This document shows positions 1-11,400 of a stretch of DNA of 64,000 nt, one piece after another (within the stretch, counting starts at the first letter, position 1; each line of letters begins with the position of its first letter). Position numbers and translations under genes: made by a program. Origin of the DNA: Candidatus Poribacteria bacterium (GTDB lineage Bacteria > Poribacteria > WGA-4E > PCPOR2b); assembly GCA_965215015.1 (NCBI GenBank), contig OZ244042.1, positions 1,824,001 through 1,888,000 on the forward strand, given 5' to 3'. Below the pieces are notes generated by a model. The model did no database searches and had not been told where the DNA came from. It saw only the letters and a program-made list of their open reading frames with translations.

Positions 1-40
1 AGAGAGAATATGCCCTCGAATCCCAAAATGGAATTTTCGC

Positions 41-69
41 TTGACGGAACCCACGAAATATGATAGATT
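41..69 (+). promoter_or_regulatory. Putative sigma70-type promoter upstream of the Mo-hydroxylase operon
   Basis: TTGACG(41-46)-17 nt-TAGATT(64-69) with TG two bases upstream of the -10. Confidence 0.35.
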
Positions 70-230
70 GTGCTGAGGAACCTCATCATCATTTAGTAGT
101 AACAACGGAAAATTTCTGGAGTGTCTCGTCGGTCATCGGTCATTAGCAACCGATTTTAGCTCATCTAAAAGGAAAATCCAAAGCGCGCAGAGAAACTGAG
201 TTTTTTCTTAAAAACTCGGTTTCTGTTGCA

Positions 231-743
231 CCATTTCTTAACATGAGCTCCGATTTCTATTTTTTGTAGGAGTGGCGCATTTGAGTTTTTCACAACGTCA
301 TTCAACCCACATCCCGATAGCCCATAAAAATCGTCGCTAGTAGGTAGACATACTCCTTATGCTGTCCCCCTGCTTGCGGGGGGACGAGAGGGGGGTGAGG
401 ATACCATTTCTTAACATGAGCTCCGATTTCTATTTTTTGTAGGAGTGGCGCATTTGAGTTTTTCACAACGTCATTCAACCCACATCCCGATAGCCCATAA
501 AAATCGTCGCTAATAGGTAGACATACTCCTTATGCTGTCCCCCTGCTTGCGGGGGGACGAGAGGGGGGTGAGGATACCATTTCTTAACATGAGCTCCGAT
601 TTCTATTTTTTGTAGGAGTGGCGCATTTGAGTTTTTCACAACGTCATTCAACCCACATCCCGATAGCCCATAAATCGTCGCCAGTAATAGACATACACCT
701 TATGCTGTCCCCCTGCTTGCGGGGGGACTAGAGGGGGGTTAGG
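231..743. repeat. Three near-identical 173-bp tandem repeats built from REP-like modules
   Basis: ccatttcttaacatgagctcc starts at 231, 404 and 577; each unit contains the cccctgcttgcgggggg palindrome. Confidence 0.95.
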
Positions 744-768
744 AGTGCCACTAAGATAGGAGGACGAC

Positions 769-1413
769 ATGTCAAAAGAGAAAGAACGAAGTCAGGAAAC
801 GACCATATCGCGGCGAAGTTTCCTGAAAGGCGTCGGCACCGGCGCGGTCGCCGCAAGCGTTGCACCCAATGTGCTCATTGGTGAAGAAACAGCGGCGGAA
901 GCCCAGATGGGTGAAGAGATTACCCGCGCTAAAATCAAACTCAATATCAATGCCAAAACGTACGAAACTGAGGTCGAACCGCGCACCACATTGTTGAGCG
1001 TCTTGCGAGACGGTTTCGACACCGACGGCAATCGCCTCGACCTGACCGGCGCAAAACCTATCTGCGAGCGTGGCGAGTGCGGTGGGTGTACGGTGGAGGT
1101 CGACGGAAAGGCAGTTTATGCCTGTATGATGCTCGCCCTCGACGCACAGGACAAGCAAATTATCACCGTCGAAGGGCTTGCCAACGGCGATCATTTACAC
1201 CCAGTCCAAGAGGCATTTGTCCAGCACGATGCCTTGATGTGTGGTTTCTGTACACCCGGTTTTGTCGTGGCTGCGAAATCGTTGTTAGATCAGAATCCGA
1301 GCCCGAGCCATGAGGAGATTAAGGAAGGATTGACGGGCAACATCTGTCGCTGCGGGACTTACCCCTATATCTTTGAGGCAGTCAAAACAGCTTCGCGCAA
1401 GATGGGAGGCTAG
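769..1413 (+). CDS. (2Fe-2S) subunit of a xanthine/aldehyde oxidoreductase (PaoA/YagT-like) with Tat signal
   Basis: SRRSFLKG twin-arginine motif; CERGECGGC, CGFC and CRC cysteine motifs; RBS aggagg. Confidence 0.93.
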   Translation: MSKEKERSQETTISRRSFLKGVGTGAVAASVAPNVLIGEETAAEAQMGEEITRAKIKLNINAKTYETEVEPRTTLLSVLRDGFDTDGNRLDLTGAKPICERGECGGCTVEVDGKAVYACMMLALDAQDKQIITVEGLANGDHLHPVQEAFVQHDALMCGFCTPGFVVAAKSLLDQNPSPSHEEIKEGLTGNICRCGTYPYIFEAVKTASRKMGG

Positions 1414-1416
1414 AAA

Positions 1417-3537
1417 ATGGCATCATGGGGAAAAGCAAGGGATTCGCGCCTGATTGGCAAACGCATCCCGCGTTTGTCAGGTGCTGATAAAGTGACTGGA
1501 AAGGCAAAGTACACGTTTGACATCAATCGTCCCGGGATGCTTTATGGTCATATTCTGCGGTCACCGGTGGCACATGCGACCATCACTGGTATTGACCTCA
1601 GCGAAGCAGAAGCACTGCCCGGCGTCAAAGCGGCCATCCCGCTGATTGAACCGGGGAAACGGGTTCGCTTCGAGGGGCAGGAGATTGCTGCGGTTGCGGC
1701 TACTACCCCCGACATTGCAGAGGATGCGGTTCGATTGATTCAATTCGACTATGATGAATTGGACTACGTCGTTGATGTCGAGGCGGCAAAAGAGGCAGGT
1801 GCTCCGCAAATTCGTGACGATTGGAAGGGAAATCAGAGTGAGCCGCGAGTTGACGAACGCGGAGATATCGAGGCAGGCTTCGATGAAGCGGCTGTCGAGG
1901 TTGAGACGACCTACCACGCCCCGGTGCAAACCCATGTCTGTCTGGAAACACACGGGCATGTCGCTGAGTGGGACGGAGATAACCTGACCGTTTGGGCTTC
2001 GACGCAGGCGATTTTTGGCACACGCCAAAATTTCGCTCGGCATTTTGAGCTGCCCGAAAATCAGGTGCGTGTCAGCACCGAACACATGGGCGGCGGCTTT
2101 GGCAGTAAATTTGGCCCCGGGGTGGAAGGGGTCACCGCCGCGAAGCTCGCTCGAAAAGCGGGAGCACCTGTCAAACTGATGTTGACCCGTAAGGACGAGC
2201 ACCTCGTCGCCGGCAACCGTCCATCAATGACACAGCAGGTCCGTGCCGGTGCCACCGAAGATGGTCGCTTCATCGCTTACGACATGAGCGGCTACGGCAC
2301 AGGGGGTATCGGGAGTGGCGCGGGTTTCACCGGTCCCTATGTCTATCATGTCCCGAACTACCGAACTAAAAAATCTGCTGTCGCGATCAATGCAGGCAGT
2401 GCCCGTGCCATGCGGGCGCCGGGTCATCCACAGGGGGCCTTCGCGATGGATTCACTAATGGACGAGCTTGCCGAAAAGCTGAATATGGATCCATTAGAGT
2501 TCCGCCGCATAAACAGCGATAGCGACGCACGACGAAACAGGATTCGTCAAGCGGAATATACGCTCGGTGCACAAGAGATTGGCTGGCACCGACGCAACAG
2601 AGTCCCCGGCTCCGGTACGGGCGTTACGAAACGCGGCATAGGTATCGGCTGCGGATTGTGGGGCGGCGGCGGTGGTGCAGGAACACAAGCCCGTGTGACC
2701 ATCCACGCAAGCGGTGCTGTCGAGGCGGTCACCGGCACACAAGATATCGGCACAGGTATCCGAACGGTTATCGCCATTATCGTTGCAGAAGAGCTGGGAC
2801 TGCGGCCTCAAGACATCACAGTGAAAATTGGCGACACTGAACCGGGGTTGTCCTCCCGTGGAAGTGGGGGAAGCCAGACAATTGGCTCTGTAGCACCAGT
2901 CATAAAGACCGCAGCGATGGCAGCCAAGCGTAAGCTCTTTGCACATATCGCACCCCTGGTGGAAGCGGAACCGGGGGATTTACGCGCTGCTGACGGGCGG
3001 ATTTACACCAAATCAGATCTAAGGATGAGCCTCCCGTGGAAAGAGGCGACGGGCTATCTCGGCATGGAAACCATCTCAGAAGGGGGCGAATGGGACGAAA
3101 ACCTCCGTATCGGCGATACCGCCGGTGTACAGTTTGCCGAGGTCGAAGTCGACACAGAAACGGGGATTGTCAAGGTCATCAAGGTTGTCGCCATCCAAGA
3201 CTGCGGTTTGGTGGTCAACCGCCTAACGACCGAAAGCCAGATTAACGGTGCTGTCGTTATGGGATTGGGCTATGCGCTCCTTGAAGAGCGCATTATGGAC
3301 GACCAAACCGGCAAGATGATTAACCCCAACCTTGAGGATTACAAAGTCCCGGGAACGATGGAAATCCCTGAGATTAAATCCATCGCATACGATACCGACC
3401 GGAAGATAACGGGGATCGGTGAACCCCCGACCATCCCAACGGCGGGGGCAATTGCAAACGCTGTCTACAACGCAATCGGCGTTCGCATCCGGGAACTCCC
3501 TATCACGCCTGACAAAGTCCTCAACGCCCTCGGTTAG
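1417..3537 (+). CDS. Molybdopterin-binding subunit of a xanthine/aldehyde oxidoreductase (PaoC/YagR-like)
   Basis: GGGFGSK, AMRAPGHPQG, QDIGTG and GIGEPP motifs. Confidence 0.95.
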   Translation: MASWGKARDSRLIGKRIPRLSGADKVTGKAKYTFDINRPGMLYGHILRSPVAHATITGIDLSEAEALPGVKAAIPLIEPGKRVRFEGQEIAAVAATTPDIAEDAVRLIQFDYDELDYVVDVEAAKEAGAPQIRDDWKGNQSEPRVDERGDIEAGFDEAAVEVETTYHAPVQTHVCLETHGHVAEWDGDNLTVWASTQAIFGTRQNFARHFELPENQVRVSTEHMGGGFGSKFGPGVEGVTAAKLARKAGAPVKLMLTRKDEHLVAGNRPSMTQQVRAGATEDGRFIAYDMSGYGTGGIGSGAGFTGPYVYHVPNYRTKKSAVAINAGSARAMRAPGHPQGAFAMDSLMDELAEKLNMDPLEFRRINSDSDARRNRIRQAEYTLGAQEIGWHRRNRVPGSGTGVTKRGIGIGCGLWGGGGGAGTQARVTIHASGAVEAVTGTQDIGTGIRTVIAIIVAEELGLRPQDITVKIGDTEPGLSSRGSGGSQTIGSVAPVIKTAAMAAKRKLFAHIAPLVEAEPGDLRAADGRIYTKSDLRMSLPWKEATGYLGMETISEGGEWDENLRIGDTAGVQFAEVEVDTETGIVKVIKVVAIQDCGLVVNRLTTESQINGAVVMGLGYALLEERIMDDQTGKMINPNLEDYKVPGTMEIPEIKSIAYDTDRKITGIGEPPTIPTAGAIANAVYNAIGVRIRELPITPDKVLNALG

Positions 3538-3556
3538 GAGAGGAGGAAATGAAAAG

Positions 3557-4531
3557 ATGGAAAATTTTGCTTACGTCAACGCGGCAGATATCGAGCAGGT
3601 CCCTTCGTTATTGAGCGACGATTGGAACGAAACGAAAATGATCGCGGGAGGAACGGATCTTCTCGGCGAGTTGAAGGAGTACATTGAAACGCCGAAGAAG
3701 GTAGTCAACCTCAAATCCATCCCCGGTCTGGATGAGATTCGCGCGGATGCATCGGGCTTAACCATCGGTGCACTCGTGACACTCGCTGACATTGCTGCAC
3801 ACCCAACCATTCAGGGGCATTATACCGTGCTGGCAGAGGCTGCCGCCTCCGTCGCATCGCCACAGATTCGGAATGTGGGCACGCTTGGTGGCAACCTGTG
3901 TCAGCGCCCCCGCTGCTGGTACTATCGCGATCCCGATATTATTTGTCTCAAAAAGGGCGGCGATACCTGCTACGCAGTCGATGGCTTGAACAAGTACCAC
4001 GCAATTTTTGGCGGGGGGCCCGTCTACATCGTCCATCCCTCTGATACGGCACCGGCCCTCATCGCCCTCGGTGCTACGGTGAAAATTGTCGGCCCCAACG
4101 GAGATAGGACGATGCCGCTGGAAGATTTCTTCGTCCTGCCCGAAATCAATCCGCAACGTGAAAACGTCCTCGAACCAAACGAGGTTGTTACAGAGGTGCA
4201 CCTCCCTCCATCGAAGCGGCACACGAAGAGCACTTACGTCAAAGTCCGTGAACGGGGTTCCTTTGACTTTGCGTTGGTGAGCGTTGCAGCCGTCTTCGAG
4301 ATGAACGGCGCGACCTGCAGCAGGGCAAACGTCGTCCTCGGTGGGGTTGCTCCTATCCCTTGGCGATCCAAGGAAGCCGAAGCAGCGTTGAACGGCAAAG
4401 GTATCACCGCAGCGGTAGCAAAGCAGGCTGGCGAGGCAGCGGTGGCCAATGCAGACCCAATGACTGACAACGGCTATAAGGTCCCATTAACTCGGAACAT
4501 TATCAGCCGCGCCGCAATGACCCTCGCTTAG
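3557..4531 (+). CDS. FAD-binding subunit (PaoB/YagS-like, with 4Fe-4S cysteines)
   Basis: AGGTDL, IRNVGTLGGNLCQRPRCWYYR and HPSD motifs; start moved to the ATG at 3557 after aggagg. Confidence 0.93.
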   Translation: MENFAYVNAADIEQVPSLLSDDWNETKMIAGGTDLLGELKEYIETPKKVVNLKSIPGLDEIRADASGLTIGALVTLADIAAHPTIQGHYTVLAEAAASVASPQIRNVGTLGGNLCQRPRCWYYRDPDIICLKKGGDTCYAVDGLNKYHAIFGGGPVYIVHPSDTAPALIALGATVKIVGPNGDRTMPLEDFFVLPEINPQRENVLEPNEVVTEVHLPPSKRHTKSTYVKVRERGSFDFALVSVAAVFEMNGATCSRANVVLGGVAPIPWRSKEAEAALNGKGITAAVAKQAGEAAVANADPMTDNGYKVPLTRNIISRAAMTLA

Positions 4532-4588
4532 GCATAGCCTCGTCAATCTCGAAGAATCTGTCTACATACCATACTAAGGAGAACGAAC

Positions 4589-4828
4589 ATGTTAGCGGAA
4601 AAAGGTCCCTCCCTCTTAAATAAACCGATATGTCAAAACCTATGTACCAAGGCACTCTATACCCCCGGCGGCAACCTGCAAAACCTCGTCGAGACCAATC
4701 CGTTCTCAAACTACTGGTGCAACTGCACCATGACGGTGGTTGGACCGGATGATCGATTTGTTTCCCCAGAAAACTGCAATCGGTCTCGCGTCTGCTTTAA
4801 GCAGATTGGGGGCACCCCTGTTGCATAG
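4589..4828 (+). CDS. Small Cys-rich hypothetical protein
   Basis: RBS aaggag before ATG; 6 Cys (CQNLC, YWCNC, C...C); co-oriented with the operon. Confidence 0.6.
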   Translation: MLAEKGPSLLNKPICQNLCTKALYTPGGNLQNLVETNPFSNYWCNCTMTVVGPDDRFVSPENCNRSRVCFKQIGGTPVA

Positions 4829-5024
4829 TTTGGCTTAAGGGCTCGTTCGTCGTAGTGCCCTTCATTGCCTGTGTCGGCGGGCGCCCATAAATCGTTGAGC
4901 TACTCGTAGTAGCGTTTGTAGTAGTGCAATTTATTGCACGTGGCGGCGTGAAAAAGCATTGAAAGAATAGCCCATGGCACAAAAGACACCGAGTAACTTC
5001 CCTTCAACTGCAAAGGATTCCTAA

Positions 5025-8000
5025 ATGCCCCGCATCTTCGATAACATTGACCAACGGTTGCTACCCGCGCTCTGCAAGACCCTCACAACTGCCAATCACG
5101 CCGACTTTTGCGTCGGTTATTTTAACCTGCGGGGATGGAGGGGGCTCAGCTCTTATATTGAGGAGTGGAAGGGGGGCGAAGGGGGGTGTTGCCGCCTACT
5201 GGTGGGGATGCAATTACCTCCTGAAGAAACCTTCCGAGGTGCCATGCGCCTTAATAAAGGGAAGGATGGAATTGACAATCAAAGAGCGTTGCGCTTGAAA
5301 CAAAGATTGGCGGAGGAGTTCCGCGAACAGTTGACCGTCGGTGTGCCGACCCGTAAAGATGAAAAAGGTTTGCGCCAATTGGCACAACAGATTCGCGACG
5401 ACAAGGTAAAGGTAAAGCTGTTTCTTCGACATCCGCTCCATGCAAAACTGTACCTACTTTACCGTCCGGATCCAATTGCGCCGATTGTGGGGTACCTCGG
5501 TAGTAGCAACCTAACCCTTGCCGGACTCTCACGGCAGGGCGAACTCAACATTGATGTGGTCGATTCAGACGCCTGTCAGAAGTTAGAAAATTGGTTTGAA
5601 GAACGATGGAAGGACCGGTGGTGTATTGATATCTCTAAGGAATTGGTTGAAATTATTGAGCAGAGTTGGGCACGTGAGGAACGAATTCCGCCATATCACA
5701 TCTACATCAAAATGGCGTATCATCTGTCGCAAGAAGCGCGGGCGGGATTGACGGAATTTCAGATTCCATCTGATTTTGAGAATGAACTATTTGAATTTCA
5801 AACCGCAGCGGTTAAAATCGCAGCGCGCCACCTGAATAGACGCGGCGGGGTGCTGATCGGGGATGTTGTCGGCCTCGGCAAAACGCTGATGGGAACGGCA
5901 CTCGCACGTATATTTGAAGACGACTACGATCTCGAAACGCTGATTATCTGTCCAAAGAATTTGATGAACATGTGGGAGGATTATCGGCAAAGGTATCGCC
6001 TACGTGGGAAGGTGCTTTCAAGCAGCCAGGTCATCTCTAAATTGCCGGACCTTCGACGCTATCGCCTTGTCCTGATTGATGAAAGCCATAACCTCAGAAA
6101 CCGCGAGGGAAAACGCTATAGCGCGATTCGGGAATATATCGAAAAAAATGATAGCAAGGTTATCCTCCTCTCTGCAACCCCCTACAACAAAACCTATCTC
6201 GACCTCTCTAACCAGTTGCGCCTGTTTGTTGATGAGAGTGAAGACTTGGGGATTCGACCGGAGCAATTGCTCAGGAGTCTAGGCGGTGAAGCCGCGTTTG
6301 TTAGCAAACACCAAAGCGGTCCCCGAACGCTTGCAGCGTTTGAGCATAGCGAACACATCGATGACTGGCGTGAATTGATGCGCCTCTATCTGGTGCGCCG
6401 TACGCGCAGCTTCATCATGGAGAACTACACCGAAACAGAACCCCAGACGGGCCGGAAGTTTCTCTCCTTCCCCGATGGAACGCGTTCCTACTTTCCCACA
6501 CGCATTCCCAAAACGGTGAAGTTCACAATTGATGACCAAAACTCCAATGACCCCTATGCCCAGTTGTACTCTCCGCATGTTGTGGATACCATCAGTAATC
6601 TGAAACTACCCCGATATGGACTGGCAAATTACATTGACAAGGGGCCATCGCAACAACCGACGTCCGGTGAGCAAGGACAATTGGATAACCTCTCACGGGG
6701 CGGGAAGCGGTTGATTGGCTTCAGTCGAACCAACCTTTTCAAGCGACTAGAAAGTAGCGGCCATGTGTTCCTCCAGTCTGTTGAACGGCACATTTTGCGA
6801 AACTATATTTACCTCTACGCCATCGAAAAGGACAAACCACTACCGATTGGAACGCAAGACGCTCAGATGCTTGATTCGCGCCTCTACGATGAAGACACCG
6901 ATACCCCGAATCTCATGTCCAATCCGTTTGATGATGACACTGAGGCACAAGTCGATGACACCAGTTCACAATTGGCTGCCTATACAACTGACGCGTTCAA
7001 AAGGCAAGCCGCTGAAATCTATCGTCTCTACACGACACAATACAGAAGCCGGTTTGGGTGGATTCGTCCGAATCTCTTCTGTCAATCACTTCGGGACGAC
7101 CTCGCCGCCGACGCACGCGCCTTGCTTAAAATTTTACAACAATACGGTGCATGGGATGCGGCAAAAGACGCAAAACTGAACGCCCTTGAGGACCTCTTAA
7201 CCCAAAGCCACTCGGAAGATAAGATCTTAATTTTTACGCAATTTGCCGATACAGTGCGGTATCTGAATGAGGTTCTTTCAGCGCGTGGGATTGCTCAGCT
7301 AGCAGCGGTTACGGGGGCCTCCTCAGATCCGACCGAACTGGCGCAGCGATTCAGTCCTGTCAGTAATAACAGGCAAAATACACAAAATGAGTTACGGGTT
7401 CTCATTAGCACAGACATACTGAGTGAAGGACAGAACCTACAAGATTGTGCGATTGTCGTCAACTATGACCTACCTTGGGCGATTATCCGCCTCGTTCAAC
7501 GCGCCGGGCGTGTCGACCGGATTGGTCAAAACGCTGAGAATATTTTATGCTATTCGTTTCTGCCGGCGGAAGGCGTCGAGCGCATCATCGCTTTGCGGGG
7601 GCGCGTCCGGGAACGGTTACATCAGAATGCGGAGGTTGTCGGCACGGACGAAGCGTTTTTTGAAGATGATCGCAATGAGCAGGCGATTGTTGACCTCTAC
7701 CATGAGCGGGCGGGGTTACTTGACGATGAATTAGATAACGATGTCGATCTTGCCTCTTATGCGTATCAGATTTGGAAAAATGCAATCACCCAAGATCCAC
7801 AGTTAGAAGGTACCGTCTCTCAACTGCTACCCGTCGTTTATTCAACACGACCGCACTGCCCGACGGATACGGAACCCGAGGGGGCACTCATTTATATGCG
7901 GACAGGTGAAGGAAACGATACGCTGGCATGGGTGAATCGAGACGGGGACAGTGTAACGGAATCCCAGTTTGCAATTCTTCAGGCTGCAGCGTGCGCCCCG

Positions 8001-8426
8001 GATACCCCTGCACTGCCCCCGCTTGCAGAACACCATCAACTTGTGAAACGGGGGACAGAGTTGATAATAGATGAGGAAAAGTCGGTTGGCGGAGGCCTCG
8101 GACGACCGTCGGGGGCGCGGTTCCGTACCTATGAACGTCTGAAGCAGTACGCCAACGAGGTAAAAGGAATGCTATTTGATACGCAAGACCTGGGACGAGC
8201 CATTGAAGACATCAATCGATACCCGTTGCGTCAGGAGGCGACCGACGCCCTGAATCGCCAACTGCGTAGCGGTATTTCCGATCAAGCCCTTGTGGAACTG
8301 GTAATCGCGCTGCGGAACGAAGATCGGCTCTGTATTATTCAAGAGGAGGCGCGAACACGAGAACCGCAGATTATCTGTTCATTGGGGCTTGCAGCCAGCG
8401 AAGGAGAGAACACCGATGCCAATTAA
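5025..8426 (+). CDS. Phospholipase-D-like nuclease fused to SNF2-type helicase (restriction/defence component)
   Basis: LHAKLYL...GSSNLT PLD motif; GDVVGLGKT Walker A; LIDESHN; LSATP; QRAGRVDRIG. Confidence 0.9.
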   Translation: MPRIFDNIDQRLLPALCKTLTTANHADFCVGYFNLRGWRGLSSYIEEWKGGEGGCCRLLVGMQLPPEETFRGAMRLNKGKDGIDNQRALRLKQRLAEEFREQLTVGVPTRKDEKGLRQLAQQIRDDKVKVKLFLRHPLHAKLYLLYRPDPIAPIVGYLGSSNLTLAGLSRQGELNIDVVDSDACQKLENWFEERWKDRWCIDISKELVEIIEQSWAREERIPPYHIYIKMAYHLSQEARAGLTEFQIPSDFENELFEFQTAAVKIAARHLNRRGGVLIGDVVGLGKTLMGTALARIFEDDYDLETLIICPKNLMNMWEDYRQRYRLRGKVLSSSQVISKLPDLRRYRLVLIDESHNLRNREGKRYSAIREYIEKNDSKVILLSATPYNKTYLDLSNQLRLFVDESEDLGIRPEQLLRSLGGEAAFVSKHQSGPRTLAAFEHSEHIDDWRELMRLYLVRRTRSFIMENYTETEPQTGRKFLSFPDGTRSYFPTRIPKTVKFTIDDQNSNDPYAQLYSPHVVDTISNLKLPRYGLANYIDKGPSQQPTSGEQGQLDNLSRGGKRLIGFSRTNLFKRLESSGHVFLQSVERHILRNYIYLYAIEKDKPLPIGTQDAQMLDSRLYDEDTDTPNLMSNPFDDDTEAQVDDTSSQLAAYTTDAFKRQAAEIYRLYTTQYRSRFGWIRPNLFCQSLRDDLAADARALLKILQQYGAWDAAKDAKLNALEDLLTQSHSEDKILIFTQFADTVRYLNEVLSARGIAQLAAVTGASSDPTELAQRFSPVSNNRQNTQNELRVLISTDILSEGQNLQDCAIVVNYDLPWAIIRLVQRAGRVDRIGQNAENILCYSFLPAEGVERIIALRGRVRERLHQNAEVVGTDEAFFEDDRNEQAIVDLYHERAGLLDDELDNDVDLASYAYQIWKNAITQDPQLEGTVSQLLPVVYSTRPHCPTDTEPEGALIYMRTGEGNDTLAWVNRDGDSVTESQFAILQAAACAPDTPALPPLAEHHQLVKRGTELIIDEEKSVGGGLGRPSGARFRTYERLKQYANEVKGMLFDTQDLGRAIEDINRYPLRQEATDALNRQLRSGISDQALVELVIALRNEDRLCIIQEEARTREPQIICSLGLAASEGENTDAN

Positions 8427-11400
8427 TCGCGACCAGACCTGCCAACTCCTTGGAGACTTTGAATTTGAAACGCTCCTGATTGAAGAGCTCGGTTGGGATT
8501 ACCACACACAAAGTCTCAGCATTACCATTGATGAAACCGAATACCTATTGACCGCAATTGCCGAGAAACGCGGGATGGTTGTCTTTCAATGTGCGGCAAG
8601 GACCGATGGAAATATTCCAGATTATGCGACCCGGCGTAGAATTCAACGGGAGGTCGCCAAATCTGTCCACGAACACCTCATTATTTATACTAACACTGAG
8701 AGAACCACACAGATTTGGCAATTGGCCAAACGGGAGCCGGGAAGACCGATCGCATGTCCTGAACACCGTTACGATTCTGAACAGTCCGGTGAGTCCCTAA
8801 TTCAAAAACTGAAAATGATTGCTGTTAGCTTCGACGAGGAAGAAGACATCACACTGCTGGACGTCACCGGGCGCGTTCGGGCAGCTTTTGACGTGGAACG
8901 CGTGACCAGACGATTCTATGACCGTTTCAAGACGGAACACGCCCAGTTCCTCAATTTTCTCGAAGGGCTTCCTGATCAAGAGATGGAACGCTGGTACGCT
9001 TCGGTGATGCTGAATCGCTTGATGTTCATCTACTTTATTCAGAAGAAAGACTTCCTGAACGACGATATTGAATATTTGCGGACCAAGCTGACAGAAAGCC
9101 AAGTCAACGGTAATGATCGATACTACACCGATTTTCTTTGTCCACTCTTCTTTGAGGGATTTGCAAAACCAGAATCGGAGCGGAGCAGAGAGGTACATCG
9201 CTTGCTCGGAAAAGTGCCTTACCTGAACGGCGGCATCTTCCAACGGCACCAACTTGAAGAACTTTATGGGGAAAGGATTCAAATTGCTGATGCTGCATTC
9301 GAGAAGCTTTTTAACTTCTTTGAAGGTTACCAATGGCACCTCGATGAACGTCCATTGCGGAACGATAACGAGATTAACCCCGATGTCCTCGGTTACATTT
9401 TTGAAAAATATATCAACCAGAGGCAGATGGGCGCGTACTACACCAAAGAGGACATCACGGAGTATATCAGCAAAAATACGGTGATTCCGTTCCTGTTTAA
9501 TGCCGCACGCAAGGAGTGTAAAATCGCTTTCGAGGGGGAAGCAAGTGTTTGGGGACTGCTACAAGACAACCCAGACCGTTACATCTACGATGCTGTCAAA
9601 ACAGGTGTCAAAGGAGATCTGCCGCCGGAGATTGCGGCGGGGATTGACGATGTATCCAAACGCGGACTGTGGAACACACTTGCGCCCGATGAATACGCTT
9701 TGCCGACCGAAACATGGCGAGAGACCGTCGCACGGCGGAGCCGATACGAAGCAGTTCACACCCAGCTGTCAAACAGCGAAATAGATGAGGTTAATGCACT
9801 CATTACCTATAACCTCGACATCCGTCAATTCGCACAGGACGTAATCGAAAATTGTGAAGGGCCCGAGCTACTGCGCGCCTTCTGGAAAGCCATCACTCAA
9901 GTGACCATCCTCGATCCGACCTGCGGTTCCGGCGCGTTCCTGTTTGCCGCCCTCAATATCCTTGAACCGCTCTACGAAGCGTGTCTGGATCGGATGGAAA
10001 TATTCCTTGACGACCTACAACACTCGCCCCGCTTGCGGGGGGGTAGAGATTTTCGCAAAATCCTTAAAAGCATCGATCAACACCCCAACCGCCGTTACTT
10101 CATCCTCAAATCAATTATTGTCAACAACCTTTACGGTGTAGACATTATGGAGGAAGCAATAGAGATTTGCAAGTTGCGGCTCTTCCTCAAAATGGTGGCA
10201 CAGATTGAGGACGTGCGACGGATTGAACCGCTGCCCGACATCGACTTTAATATACAAGCGGGGAATACGCTCGTCGGCTATGCGACATACGACGAAGTAG
10301 AAAAAGCGGTCACCGAAAACAGAATAGACTTCGACAACACCATGGAAAGCCTCCAAGAAAAGGCGGAGGACGTCGAGCACCTATTTGAACAGTTTCGCCT
10401 GCAACAGACAGAATTGGGCGGTGCGGTGACACCTGATGATAAACAGGCGTTACGCGATAAACTTAAAGTGTTAGAAGATGAGCTCAACCGATACCTCTCT
10501 GGAGAGTACGGCGTAGATGCGAACAAGAAAGCTGCTTACCAGAAGTGGCTCTCTTCCCACAAACCGTTTCACTGGTTCATTGAGTTTTACGGCATTCTCA
10601 AGGCCGGTGGCTTTGATGTAATTATCGGCAATCCACCGTATGTAGAATATAGCAAGGTGAAAAAGGAGTACAAGATTAGAGGGTATGAGACAGAAAACTG
10701 CGGCAACCTACACGCGTTTGTGTTTGAAAAAAGTTTACGTCTGCTTCAACGAAGTGGTTGGAAATCGATGATAATTCCACATTCAGCTTATTGTACGGAT
10801 AGGATGTCATCTCTTCAAGATTTATTTCATCGTTCTAGGCGAGTTGGGTGGGTGCAAACATACGGTATCCGTCCAACAAAATTGTTTGTGGGAGCAGAGC
10901 TAAGTTTGGCGATTTATATCGTTCAACAGGGCTCACAGGTGTCTCCCGCATTATACACCTCTCGGTATAATAGATGGCATGAACAGTTTCGCCCACATCT
11001 CTTTGATGTTATCGAACACGCAAATATTACGCAGATATCGTTTCAAAATTCAGTTCCCAAGATCTACAGTGAGATCGAACAAGACATTTGGAAGAAAATA
11101 GCCCGATTTTCAGTTTTAGGTAAGCATCTTTATAAGAGACCAGATTCCTGCACGATATATTTCCATAACTCGGGTTACTGGATTAGGGCAATGGATTTTG
11201 TGCCTTACTTCTGGAATGCACGAGGTGGAGAGCGCAGATCCCCTCAAGTCAAGCTTTTGTGCTTCGCAACAGAGTTAGATGCAGCCGTAGCCATGGCGAC
11301 TTTGAATAGTTCACTTTTTTATTGGTGGTTTGTTATTCTCTCTACTTGCCGAACCCTTAGTTTACGTGAGATTAGAAATTTCCCAATCGGCGTTGATAAA

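Noticed and set aside
231-743. CRISPR array or ncRNA gene
   Set aside because: Whole-unit 173-bp tandem duplication of REP mosaics with no spacers
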